DNA of 62,459 nucleotides, the filler included, from Vermamoeba vermiformis (taxonomy: Eukaryota): the NCBI GenBank assembly GCA_045837725.1. It is 7 parts of 7 records of this genome, joined end to end, with 100 filler letters (N's around TTAATTAATTAA, not from the genome) between each part and the next. Parts side by side here need not be neighbours in the genome. Positions count along the whole stretch, not along the records: positions 43,727 to 59,684 come from JBEWZL010000279.1; positions 59,785 to 62,459 come from JBEWZL010000295.1; 5 more parts are not named here. One strand, given 5' to 3'. The notes under the pieces are model-generated. The model searched no databases, was not told the DNA's origin, and saw only the letters and a list, made by a program, of their open reading frames with translations. Each line of letters begins with the position of its first letter. Position 1 is the stretch's first letter. The position numbers and the translations under genes are program-made. Positions 48,477-60,896 of this stretch are shown piece after piece.

Positions 48477-51088
48477 ATGTTCGACGACGTGCGAGAAATG
48501 TACGTAGTATTGTCGTTGATCTGTATAATCCTTGGGACAGTAGCATCTAATCTCAAATCTACAGTAAACAGCCGTGGTGGACTAAGACACGAAAGAGAGC
48601 TGCTGCTCTTACCTCCACATTCATATTAATTATGATTATGGTTATCATTGTAGTATTTGTATCAAAGCAGCCGCACGCAGGTAGGATTCAACCGCGCTAT
48701 TTTATTTTATTTAGAATAATCATAAAATCGGATATTTTACGGCTATTTAAATATATTATCATTTGTTATGATAGTAAATATTGCTTTAGTATTTAATTTA
48801 CTCTTGCTATCAATTCGGATATTTAATCTAACTTTTTAGCCGATCTTATTCAAATACTTTTGCTTTCTCGTGCAAATAATTTATAAATGATAATATCACT
48901 AAAATATAATAATTTATTAGCAAACTACGCCGATACAGCAGATTCAGTAAAAATAACCGTTTTTCAATTAACTCATAGGCCCGGCTAATGTGCCTCGTAA
49001 CCTTATTATTATGATTGCTAACGGTATGGGCCCTGCTCACCTTGCTTATGCTCGTGCTTTGGTTGAAGCCGAGAATGTTAACAACACTTTGGTAATGGAT
49101 TCGATCTTGTCGGGAACTATTCGCACCCGATCTGCCAACTCGTAAGTGAATTTCAGCTATTTTCATAATATACAGATGGAATATTACATTTTGGAGGCAA
49201 AAAGAATATTTTCCACGGTGGAGTAACCTTTATTTTGAAATCTAAAACACGCGATCTGAATCTCTTCACCACAATTTCTCTTTAATATCTTTTAGCTTCC
49301 AATACATTTGCACTATCATATATACATGATATATGCGCATTATATAATTATAGGATATTGTGGTTGTTCAGTACTGTCGCGCTTTTTCGCGCCACATCTG
49401 GCCGTTTAGCTTTACCAGCTTTATTAATAAATTCTATTATAGACTAATCAGTGATGCTGCTGCTTCAGCCACAGCCTATTCTTGCGGTGTTAAGACCAAG
49501 AACAGACGTGTTGGTATTGACGCCGATGGCAAGTTCTGCGGTACTTTGTTGGAGGCTGCAAAGAAGAAAGGCATGCGCACTGCTATTGTGAGCAGCGACG
49601 TAACTTTTGCTTCGAGCGCTGCTTTTGTTTCTCACGTGGGTGATCGTGGTGACGTTGAAGACATTGGTACGAACCGTTAACTTTTGCAAATATTTACGAC
49701 AAGCCTAATTATCCAAATCTTATATTATGGCTGTATATATGTTATACTTGGCGAATACTAATGATATCTATAATAGCTGAGCAAATGCTTGATTGGAAGC
49801 GTGTCGGCGAGAAGGACATTTACAACCGTGACATCACTTTTGGAGTCGATTTGATTTTGGGTGGTGGTCGCAAGGTGTTCACTGGCAACAACGCCCGCGT
49901 GTTGAGCAAGGCTATTGATATGGGCTACACTTACACCACTAACATGACCGAGTTCTTGAGCGAAAAAGGTTCGTGGATCTGGCCATTAATAACGACTGCC
50001 TGTGTAACTTGTACCAAGTGACAATAATAACTAACACTATGCATATTACAGACGAGCACGGTAACACCAAGGAAGTCAAGTTGCCTTTGCTCGGTTTGTT
50101 CGACGACGAGCACATTGACTACGAGGTAGATCGCAACAAGGACGAGACTCCCAACTTGGCTGAATTGACTCGCCGTGGTTTGGAAATCATGGAGAGCGGT
50201 AAGTACTACGAGAAACGTGTTAATTAAGACCTATTATATCATTATCAAATGGGTCCTATTGTCCACTGTATCGCGTGTCGAAGTACTAATGCAACCGTGC
50301 AACAGCTTCCAACGGTTTCATTATGGTTGTCAGCGGTCACGGCATTCAATCTGCGTGCTTGCAAGGCGACCCTGGTGCTCTCTTCGGCGAGTTGACCTCT
50401 TGGGACGCTGCTGTCGGTGAGGCAGTTAACTTCATCAAGGAGAAGAGTATTGAAACTTTGTTGCTCGTCCTGTCTGACTTGGACACTGCCGGCTTGACCC
50501 TCTCACGCCCTGGATACACCACTTGGAACCCTCGTGCCGTCTTGGATCAACGCGGCTCGATGGAATCGATCGTGCAAAAGATCGCCGAGAGACACTACAA
50601 CGAGTCTGAGCTCGAGCAACTCGTTGAACAACGCTTGGGCATCACTTTGGTCAACCAAGAACGTGACCTCGTTGAAGCCAATCAGGTACGCTTACCGAAC
50701 CCAACCAGATATTTTGAACCTGTGCGGATCTGCCACTTTACAACATGCTGACCTTTTTGTACAATAGGACAATGCTACCACTTTGTACCCAGTTTTGAGT
50801 AACATGGTCTCCAAGCGCGCTGGTATTACTTGGTCCACTACTAGCAACACTGTAAGTAACAACTAAATAAGGAAACTTGATGTGGCACGTTGTTTGGATC
50901 TGTTTTTTAACGCGGTCGTATCATAGGGCCAAGACGTCAACATGTTTGTTTATGGTCGTGGTGCCGAAGAGTTCAAGGGCAACCTCGACAATGCTAAGAT
51001 CTCACGCATGCTCGACGAGCTGATGACCATGAAGGTTGAAGATCTCACTGCGCACTTGAACGGTGAAGACTCAACTGAAGCTCATTAA
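48477..51088 (+). CDS. type II membrane alkaline-phosphatase-fold protein with degenerate active site (pseudoenzyme)
   Basis: Short N-tail + TM (TFILIMIMVIIVVFV); NLIIMIANGMGP, SDAAASATAYSCGVKT, TLLEAAKKKGM, DLILGGGR, LLGLF, PNLAELT, LVLSDLDTAGL, GQDVNMFVYG, GNLDN follow the alkaline phosphatase motif order. Confidence 0.85.
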
Positions 51089-51185
51089 TAATTATTATTT
51101 ATTTTCGATCGACAGAAACTGAAAGATTTTTGTGTTTAATAAACTATCTTACATTTTGTAATATTAAGGAGGAATTTAAGAGGAT

Positions 51186-52501
51186 CTAATGTTTAGGAAC
51201 AGACAGCACAACTTTGCCGAGAGTATGACCAGTTTCAAGATCACTGTGGGCCTTGGGCATGTCTTCAAACGCATTGCTATAGGTCTTGGTCACGCGGTCA
51301 GTAATCACGCCTTGATCAACAAGATCGGCTACTTTTCTCAAGATCTCTCCTTGTTTCTCCTACAAAACATGACATCAATACTACTGCTATAATGTTGCCT
51401 TAAACCATCATTTCTTACCTGTTCTTCGTCAAATTGAGATCTGCCAAACATCCATTCGAAACTGATGATAATTCGCTTAGTGAACAAAGGCACGAGGTTT
51501 TGAGGCTTGCCAATGGGCAGAATAAATGTCGCGTGACCACCGTAGCTCAACAGACTCGGCAATTGTTCGAATAAATCGCCTGAACTGTTGCAATCGAGAA
51601 TGAAATCGACGCTCTTCACGTGCAATTTGTCGAGTTGTTGGCGCAAGTCCTTGTGATCGATCACGTGATCAGCGCCCATTTTCTTGCAGTACTCGACACT
51701 CTCTGCACGCGAGGCTGTCGCAATCGTGCGGAACTTCCACACTTTCTTGGCCAGTTGGATGGCAATGGAGCCCACTCCACCTGCGCCACCAATAATGAGC
51801 ATTGTCTTGGGATTTTTCTCGTCCTGGAAATAGCGTCGTTAATATGATTATCAAGTGATTAATTTTGAATACGAAGGTCTGAAAGCCTCAGAAATTGTTA
51901 AATCCGATCTGCCGCAATACTTACTTGAATTTCAGCACGCATTAACTCCTCAAATGCCTCCCAAGCAGTAAGTGCAGTCAATGGAATAGCAGCAGCTTGT
52001 TCGTGAGTGAAAGACTTTGGTTTCTTTGCCGCCATCCGCTCATCCACCAAAGTATACTCAGCATTGGCGCCTGGACGAATAACACTGCCCCCAAAATATA
52101 CTTCATCACCGACACGGAATTTCTTGGCCTCGGGTCCTGTAGCGACCACCTGCAACAAAGTGTCAGTCCAAAAAGTCTCGCGATCGCAAAGACAAAGATT
52201 GCAAAATAGTTAATTGCGTCTCAATTTCATTATATATGAGAGTGCTAATTAAATTATTACTAGTTTAACTTACGACTCCACTAGCGTCATAACCCAGGAT
52301 TGATCCATCCACATCTTGTATTCCAACAAAGGAAAACAAGTTCTTAACAGCTCTTTTCTTGACGTCGACCGGATTAACGCTCAATGCACGTACTTCGACC
52401 AATAAGTCGCGTGCTTGAGGTACTGGCTTGGGCACTGTGACGACCTTGAGTACATCCGGACCACCAAATTCAGTTTGAGCAATAGCCTTCATAGTAGACA
52501 T
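51186..52501 (-). CDS. medium-chain reductase / quinone oxidoreductase-like (zinc-binding alcohol dehydrogenase family), multi-exon
   Basis: SVNPVDVK, ILGYDASGV, GDEVYFGGSVIRPGANAEY, AAAIPLTALTAWE, LIIGGAGGVGSIAIQLAK, TASR, GHTLGKVVL. Confidence 0.88.
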
Positions 52502-52849
52502 GATTAATTAATATTATTTGATATGTAGCTTTTGTGTTCGTTGTGTTGTTTAGAATTGAAATTGAATGATGAATACAAAAAAATTATCGAATTTATGTGC
52601 CACCGGCAGCGCCGCCTCGCGACCGAATTTCAGGCAGCAGAGAACGATCTAGAAATTAATCTCAGTACTGAATAAGGAATAACCTCGGTAAAACTTTGCA
52701 AAGATTTCAAAAAGGAATCTTGGAGAAGTTTCCTTTTTAGGAAATGGATCTAGAAAAAGTAAGTTCTAGGTGATCCGAAGAAATTTCAGATGTTACGTGA
52801 TACTTCAATATTATAATATTATAGTAACGTACCTAATAATGAGCTCAAT

Positions 52850-55096
52850 TTAACTTGGCTTAAAGCTCAGTTTCTCTCTATTAGCCTTGGCTGGTTCGAA
52901 CGTCGGATCTGCTTGTTGTGCTCGGTCGAAGTACCGACAGGCCTGTTGTACGTCTCCTAGTGCTTGATATAATAGCCCAAAGTTGTTTAGCACGAGCGCG
53001 TTGTTCGGATCCAGCGACTCGCAGTGTTTCAAGAGCTCAGCTGCTTTATCGTACTTTTCTGAAAGTTCGAGGTCAGATCTGGGGCTGAGACTTTTCGTAC
53101 ACTATTTGGCTATTGTACTTACTATGTTGTCGATACAACGTAGCGAAGTTCAGCATTGCGTCGACAGATCGAGGATCAATCTCCAACGCCTTTTTGTACA
53201 ACTGCTCGACCTTCTCCAGTTCAGTAGTCCCCTCTAAATGTGTTGCTAATGCTATTATACTATTGTTAGCATAATGTTCAAAGCTAAAGATATTCGGAAA
53301 TTTTGATTTTCGGACCTCGATCCGAAGAACGCACCTAAATTTGACCAAGCATTCAAATTATGAGGATTGAGCTGGATAGCCGTCTCAAACGCTTCTTTAG
53401 CGCTATTGTAATGTCCTTGTCGCAAATAGAACACGCCAGTCTGATTCCATATTAACGGATCGTTTGGTGAATTCTGAATTGCTTGTTCAAATGTAGCAAT
53501 AGCCTTATTATTAAAATCCTGCATGACCTCTTCATCGTTGAAATTAATGTCTCGTTGAGCTTCGAATCCCTAATCAATCTACGTTAGCACATCCAGAACC
53601 AAAAATTCAATTAAATAGTTGGAATTATTATTGTAGGTATCGTACCTCAGCCAATGCCGCCCACAACATTCCGTCATCGGGCTGCAAATCAATAGCTTTC
53701 GTAATGGTGCTTTGATACGAAGTCGGATTTCCAGTACGCAAGAACAGCTTGCTGACGTTGTAGTCCACGAGCGGATGATTTTGATAGAAACTAGAGTTGA
53801 GCAATGCAGCTACCTAAATATAATAATATTATTAATCTCCACAAATATTATTTGATATTGGATTCGGATCGGGTACTTACGTCTTCAGTGATTTTTGTGA
53901 CGGCGTTGTTGTCGCCAATTTGCAAGTTAAAGCAACACAGATTATTAGCAATGAACAATACGGTACTCGATAACGAACTGTCTTCGTTGTCTTCCAGATC
54001 ATGACACATATTTTCCAGCTCGTTCTTTTTTTGCGTCGTAGCGAGGTCGTAGGCTCTATTCGCCATAAATATAGCGTCTTCAAAACTACACGAAGAGTAT
54101 TAGCCAAATAAGGAAACAATCGTCATTGCGTACTTGTTCCACCGCGATAAAATTATAGACAAGTTGTTTAGGGCTTCAATATGGTCGTTATTGCTGTTCA
54201 ATACGGTATTAAAACATAGCGCTGCTTCTTCGAGCTAAAAATAGAGCGGATTAATCTTTGCGTAGCAGATCAATAAAAAAATATTGCGTACCTTGTCCTT
54301 GTGCATCAAACAGACACCGTAGTTATTGAGTGCATCCAAGTAATTAGGTACTTTGTTAATTAAACTCTCGAACACTCCCAAGGCTTGCTGAAAATCATTC
54401 GCTTTGAGAATTAGTGACAACGCTGCCGTGTTCCAAAGACCGATCTGTCTCGCATCCGCCTTTCAAAAAAGGAATTAAAATTTGCAATTATAAATCAGCA
54501 TATTATTTCCAATAATTAGTAAAAAATATGTACCTGAGAAGCACGTTCGATGGATTGCATAATCGATTGAATTAACGCATCCAAATTTTCATCTTTGTCT
54601 TTCTCGTTAGTTTTGTCTTTCATCATTTTGCAATAAGCAATCATATGATGTGCTTGACCTAATGCAAAGTGTTTGAAATCAGCGCCTATTTTTTCCTCGC
54701 TGCTGTTGAGTCGATCCAACACGGCTTGAAAATCATTTATGGCCTATAAATCATTGGCAAATTAAGACTCTGATTATAAAAACTATAGGTCTATATTTAC
54801 TTCGTTGTAGTATCCTTGTGTTAGATTCCAGAGGCCTAAGCTCATTAATAACGTGAAATCTTCTTTGTTCTTCTTAGCAACGTCCAAAAAAATCTGTAAT
54901 ATTTTATTATATCGTGTAAATAATTTATGTATAATTATTCCATATTCGAGGCCTAAATTACCTGTTTAAATTGACTTAAATTTGGCGGCAAAGTAGGATC
55001 TGCTTTCTTGTCACCGCTGTAATGTTATTAATGTTATTTAATGATGGCTAATTTATTTACGAGTTCATACCTTGGTTTGTCCAGCGACTCTGCCAT
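52850..55096 (-). CDS. tetratricopeptide-repeat protein, multi-exon
   Basis: ATG 55096 (MAESLDKP); repeated TPR helices: ALNNYGVCLM, IWNQTGVFYL..AFETAIQLNP..AWSNLG, YKKALEIDPRSVDAMLNFA, LDPNNALVLNNFG. Confidence 0.8.
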
Positions 55097-55341
55097 TTCA
55101 GCAGGCGATCAGATCTTGGTTACGTGTTTCTGCTGCCGCAACTTGGCAAGTTGAAGACGATGTACAAAGAAATATCGTTAATTGTGCTGCTACAATGTTC
55201 GCGATTAGCGTATTACCGTCACCGCACAAATTTTGGCTGCCGGCACTCTTTTTGGCTGTTTCAGTGAAACAGGCTAGAACCGAGTTTTGCTTGTTTAACA
55301 TTATTGTACATTATTATTCGAACTAAAAAACACGCAGAAAT

Positions 55342-56680
55342 ATGGCTACTCGCGAGATTGTGATATTTTATGGACCAATTCCTTTAGATCCTACAAAGAA
55401 GTACGATTCAGCTATTATGGAAGCCGCCTTCCCTCAAAACGGTCTTTTAGCCGCTTGGGAAGAGCTCAAGGCTAGTGGCTTAATAGGTATTTAAATCAGG
55501 AATTAATTATTAAAGATTACGAAAAGATTTTCTTCAGATTTAATTCAATTTCTTTTTTCAGCTTCAATTATAGCTCTGTTTGCCCATATTAATTTTATTC
55601 TGCAGTATTTATGCATATTATTAGTTTAACCAGTTATTTAAGGCAAGTTCCGCAAGTATGACTTAAATGTTAAGCCCATGCCCGATAAAAAGATGATGAA
55701 AGGCAAAATGGAAATTATGGACCACGCAGGCAAGATTTTATTGCCTAAATCCGATTTGCCTGTTCACGAAAGTAAGTCATTTCGGATGTGTCTCACAGAT
55801 CTAATATTCTATGTCACTCAGAGGTCGGAGAATATTTGACTGTCGTGTGCCGTCATTTTGGAGTCGAACCTAGTGAGCCTAATCTGAACAAAAAGGTACC
55901 ATAGCGAGTTCCAAAAAGATATTTTCTAATGCGAATCTTTTTTCAGATTAACGAGCCACTTGTTAAATTCGCACACGATATTCGTACTTCTAAAATTAAG
56001 AAAGATGCTGGCAAGCAAAAAATGGAGCCTTTGTTGGCCGAAGGTAAGCGATGCTGATCCGTCTGTCAACGGGCTTCGTGAGAGATATCTAATGACATTT
56101 CAAACTATCATAGGCGGATTAGTTAATCCTATTGACGAGCGCGATGACTTGGTGAAGATTTTGATGGACTCGAACTACGCTGAGAACTGGCACGATGTCA
56201 TCGAGTTGTGCTTGCAACACGTCACTGATTTGAGGTACAAAAGCCTTCGTTAGTCTAATAATAATATTCTATATATAATACAATGACTAAAATTTATTTA
56301 TTAGCGATACTCGTTATCTGCACTTCGCTGTGGCTAAGAAAGGATCCATCCGCTTGATCAACTCGCTGATCTCGAAAGGTAACAATTTAATTAACTAAGA
56401 GATAATATAATATTAACACGTATTCTGAATAGGATGCGATATCAATCAACCTGACTACGAAGGCTGGACTCCCTTGCATTGGGCGGCGTACGTCAAAGTG
56501 AAGCGCTTAGCCGAAGTGTTGTTGGCTGCCGGTGCGAATATTAATGCGCAAAGCAAAGACGGAAATACTCCCGCACACTTGGCGAAGAATTCTCCGCTCA
56601 AGGGCGACGATGTTTATTCGTTCTTGAAGAAGAGCGGTGCTGACACTACCATCAAGAATAATCAAGGACAATCTGCCTAA
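55342..56680 (+). CDS. ankyrin-repeat protein, multi-exon
   Basis: ATG 55342; C-terminal GWTPLHWAA..LLAAGANINAQSKDGNTPAHLA..GADTTIKNNQGQSA. Confidence 0.78.
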
Positions 56681-56961
56681 ATTTATAGCTAATTTACTAT
56701 TTCATTGTATTCTTATTACTAAATATGCGAAGTTCCACAAACGGTCTGATCGCTGAACACGAAAAATTAAACTATGCTAAACGGCTTAGGACTCAATTAG
56801 TAGCCTCCCAAGCGTGGTGTACGAGCAATGAATTTTTCTGGTTCGTCGTGGAAGAGCAGCCAGACCGAAATTGGAAACACACATATTATAGGTATCGTAT
56901 TATTTGTTTCCAAAAAACGATCTATTTTTCCATTTCGGACTGACAGCCAAACACAACAGCC

Positions 56962-59340
56962 ATGTTGCGACTTATTAAAGCAACCTCTTCGGCCTTGTGT
57001 TCTAATACTTCAAGATCGCTCAGAGCGCGAGCGGTTAGAGTATTCAATAGCCGGATTTCAAATACGGCATGTCGATCCCGAAGCTTATGCAGCGACAAGC
57101 GCGCAGAACATGTCCATGATCATAAATGCAATCATGCCAGTCATATTCACGAAACTGGCACTTCAACGCAGCATCCAGTTCTGAGCCAGGCGCTTGATCA
57201 AGATCTGAGGAAGCACCGTTACGTTCATTTTTACACTTATAAGGGTCTGAAGAATATGAACCTCGTTAGAAAAACAAAAAAGCAATTTGTAGAGGAATGG
57301 GGAAAGCTGGGAGTCCTTGGAAGGTGAGATCCGAATATAATAATTAATTATTAAATATTCAGAATTTATTTTCGTCGGTTCCCCATTCGTCTAAATATGT
57401 ACTCATTTATATGAATGTAATTTTAATACTAATTATTTTTTCAGAGTCTATGTAGCCCTTGAAGGAATTAACGCCCAGATCAGCGTTCCGATCGTGAATT
57501 TAGAAGCGTTCAAAACACTCGTGCATAATACTGAAGTGCTCAAGTAGGTCCCGAATATTATAATTACCGTTGGATCGTTCATGAACTCAGTGTTTCAGAA
57601 ATGTTCGTGTGTACGAAGGTGACGAAGTTGACAGCCACAGCGAGGGCTTTCCATTCGACGAATTAGCCGTCAGAATTAAAAAATTAATTGTAGCTGATCA
57701 TTTTCCAGAACAACCGTAAGCTTGCATATTGATCCATTACCTGTGAAAATTAATCGTGAATTTTCAGCGAGGATCTGTCACAAACAGGAACTGCACTTGA
57801 ACCCGAGCAATGGGACAAAGAGCTTGAAAATAATAAGGTATTATTACTACCATTATAAATACTGTTAAATTTATTTACTAACGTTATTTTTTTAGGACGC
57901 ACTTATCGTCGACTGCAGAAATTATTATGAAAGTGAAATTGGTGCGTAATAGTATAATTTAATAATGGAATATTATTAGTATTAATGTTAATATTTCCTT
58001 TTTAGGCTTGTTTGAAGGCGCTAAAAGACTCAAAATTGACCGCCACAAAGAGAGCATTGCGGCTATTGAAGAGCTGTTAGAAATGAATCAAATCAACGCC
58101 GAGTCGAACAAAAAATTGATGATTTATTGCACGGGGGGCATAAGATGTGAAAAAATAGGAGCGCATTTAGTGCAAAACAAAGGACTCAAAAATGTTTTGA
58201 GACTCGAAGGCGGCATCAACAATTATTTCAAACAATTGCAAGAAAAACAGACGCAGGGCCAAGAAATCAATTCAAAATTCGTCGGCAAGAACTTCGTGTT
58301 TGACAATCGCATGAGGACTGGCAACAAAGGTCTGACAGTGACACCTCACGTGGTCATTGGCAAGTGTCACACGTGTGGTGCTCCGTGTGACGAGCACTCT
58401 AATTGCATCAATCCGATTTGCAACTTGATTCTGTTGCAGTGCCCTCAGTGTCACTCGAAACTACAAGGCGCGTGTAGCCCTGGTAAGAAGCTCTTCTGGC
58501 TTAAGAAATACAATTGCTAACAATAGCTCTCTAGAGTGCGCAGAGACTGCCAAGTTGCCTGCGGAAAAACTTCATGAGATGAAAGTGAAGGCGAGCAAAG
58601 AAGGAAAAATGTTCAGCAGATCATTTGAGATTGTCCAAGAACGAAAGAACTCGCAAAAGAAATCATCCGCAGAAATTCCCAGCGAGATCGTGTTTCCAAA
58701 AATAGAACAGTACTGCGACCAACACACGACAGCAGCGTCACCAGCACTAGATTTTATCAAACAACAAACGCTCGAGCGCTATTCCTTTGCCGCGCACATG
58801 ATGGTCGGACCAGTTGTTGGGCAGTTCTTGAAGACTCTGGCACGCACCACTAATGCCACTAAAGTTCTGGAGATTGGCACGTTCACTGGCTACTCAACTG
58901 TGTGCTTGGCTGAGGGACTGAAGGATGGCGGAAAAATCATCACGTGTGACATGGACAAAGAGGCAGTCGACATTGCGCGAGAGGCGTTCAAGTTATTTCA
59001 GAGTGGTGGTAAAATCGAGACACGAGTAAACACAGCGATGAAATCTCTCGAAGAAATTTCACAGCAGAACGAAGGCCCATTCGATTTAATCTTCGTGGAT
59101 GCGGACAGAAAGAACAACAAAGCGTACTACAATTTCATTCTCGAGCATGGTTTGTTAGCCCCTAACGGCGTGATGCTCGTTGACAACATGCTGTGGCGTG
59201 GTAAAGTCGTTTCAGATGGATCCAACGAGCACGCACAGGTCGTCAAAGAATTCACAGAATTTGTTCACCAAGATCCGAGAACTGAAAACGTGTTGCTGTC
59301 AATCCGGGACGGAATGCTTATGATCACGTTAAAGAAATAA
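56962..59340 (+). CDS. TrhO/YceA-type rhodanese-domain protein fused to a class I SAM-dependent O-methyltransferase, with a putative mitochondrial presequence
   Basis: FYTY, LGRVYVALEGINAQIS, DCRNYYESEIGLFEGA, YCTGGIRCEK, LEGGINNY, FVGKNFVFDNR, Cys cluster ending GACSPEC; phase-1 intron 58483-58534 joins in frame to LEIGTFTGYS, FDLIFVDADR, VDNMLWRG, IRDG. Confidence 0.87.
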
Positions 59341-59411
59341 ATGCCACCGCTCTTAGGCAAAAGTCTTTTATGAACATGAGTAACGTAAAAAAAAGTTTGT
59401 CAGTATTCTCC

Positions 59412-59684
59412 TTAGGCAAGACCAAATCCTTGATAATTGTTGATCGAAGTCATCAAAAACTGGTGCAGCTTCTCCTTCGACGAGTACTCAGGCAGCAGCA
59501 AGATGTTGTAACAGGTTGAAGCCGTAGGCAAGCGATTTGAATCGGGTCCGTTGCGTTGCACGGTGAAAGGCAAAGAGCTCAGTCCTTTGCTGTTAATTTT
59601 CATAATTAGTTAGCGAATGTAAATTACCGATTAATCCAACAACTTACATCGGTACGCGGTCACTTCCAGTGCAAAATCGGAAGA
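59412..59684 (-). CDS. 3' end of a HECT E3 ubiquitin ligase, truncated by the spacer
   Basis: FCTGSDRVP, RLPTASTCYNILLLPEYSSKEKL, terminal GFGLA*. Confidence 0.88.
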
Positions 59685-59784
59685 NNNNNNNNNNNNNNNN
59701 NNNNNNNNNNNNNNNNNNNNNNNNNNNNTTAATTAATTAANNNNNNNNNNNNNNNNNNNNNNNNNNNNNNNNNNNNNNNNNNNN
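59685..59784. other. artificial contig spacer
   Basis: 44 N + TTAATTAATTAA + 44 N. Confidence 0.97.
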
Positions 59785-60630
59785 ACAGTTTGTTTTCGGG
59801 TCGCATATTGTAGAACAATCCTAATGAAAGAATGTCCTTAAAAACTGATTTGGATGCGGATCTGAATCTACCTTTCCAGTGAACCCCTGATAACAAGAGC
59901 AAGATCCCCATCCATTGCATTCGCCATTGCCACCACAAGTGACGTTAGAATTGCAATAGTACCCACAGTTAAAGCCATGGTAGTTCGGCAAGCAGTTGCA
60001 GCGGTGAGTCGTTTGATTGCAAAAAGCAGTCTCGGAACACACCGAAGGGTTATACGTACAATCATCTATAATACGAACGTTAATTAATAAGCGTTAATAG
60101 TCCCGAATTAAGTGGACTCACGCGAATCTGCCCGTAGACGGATCGGCAAATCAGCTACTTCTTTTGCATAGAGATTAATTGCACTGATATTGCATTTGAA
60201 ATATCCTATATGATCGAATCTTCCAATATCAAGCGTGATGGTGAAATTGTACGAGCTTAAAGGATCTTCGCTAACTGAATCCGCTCTACTGACTGAAATT
60301 CCTAACTTGGAACCTAAAAATTACATTTTAACGACGCATTGGCATTTAATCAATAATAAATTAGTTAATTACAATGAAATTACATTGAAAAATAAAAAAA
60401 AGTTGGGTGTCCCTAGCAAAAACGGATTTTTCCTTACAATTTGTCAGCGACTCTGGTCTAAATTCGTAGAAAAACGGACTATCGTTTACTAGTTGATAGA
60501 CAATAGTATAGTTCTCTTTGTAAGGAATGACAAAAAACAAATCCACCGTTGCAGGTTGCCACTCAAAAGCCGAAGCTGCGGCAAGCGTTAGAGCTAGTAT
60601 AATAATACTATAGTATTTGACTCCTTGCAT
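59785..60630 (-). CDS. EGF-like-repeat secreted/membrane protein, paralog B, 3' end lost at spacer
   Basis: Signal MQGVKYYSIIILALTLAAASA; CNCLPNYHGFNC..CGGNGECNGWGSCSCYQGFTG; exon layout parallels the upstream paralog. Confidence 0.75.
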
Positions 60631-60896
60631 AGTTGGAAGTTAAAACCAACGCCTCTGCTGATCAAATTTAACATTTTTGCGATACTCTCAAAATTCGAGC
60701 GGAAGATTTGACAGGTGCCAGGTTTGGTCCCAACTATCTGTCGATTCCAATCTGATCATTACAACCCTTACCGTTGCAACTTGGGACGTTCGTCTGAAAT
60801 TAAGTTGTGCCTGTGGATCCTCTTTTGAGATCCAGATCTAAAAAATCGCTCTATTTTATCGATACAATTGTAATTAGACTAGTATAATAGTTTATT

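Noticed and set aside
55098-55342. Divergent genes with start codons only 40 bp apart
   Set aside because: ORF 55098..55301 ends in a stop; the TPR gene splices sensibly from ATG 55096, leaving an ordinary ~245-bp gap.
8289-59784. Six identical TTAATTAATTAA motifs inside N runs as a biological repeat
   Set aside because: Fixed 44N-12-44N layout with six-frame stops is an assembly linker; it also means no functional clustering should be inferred across these points.
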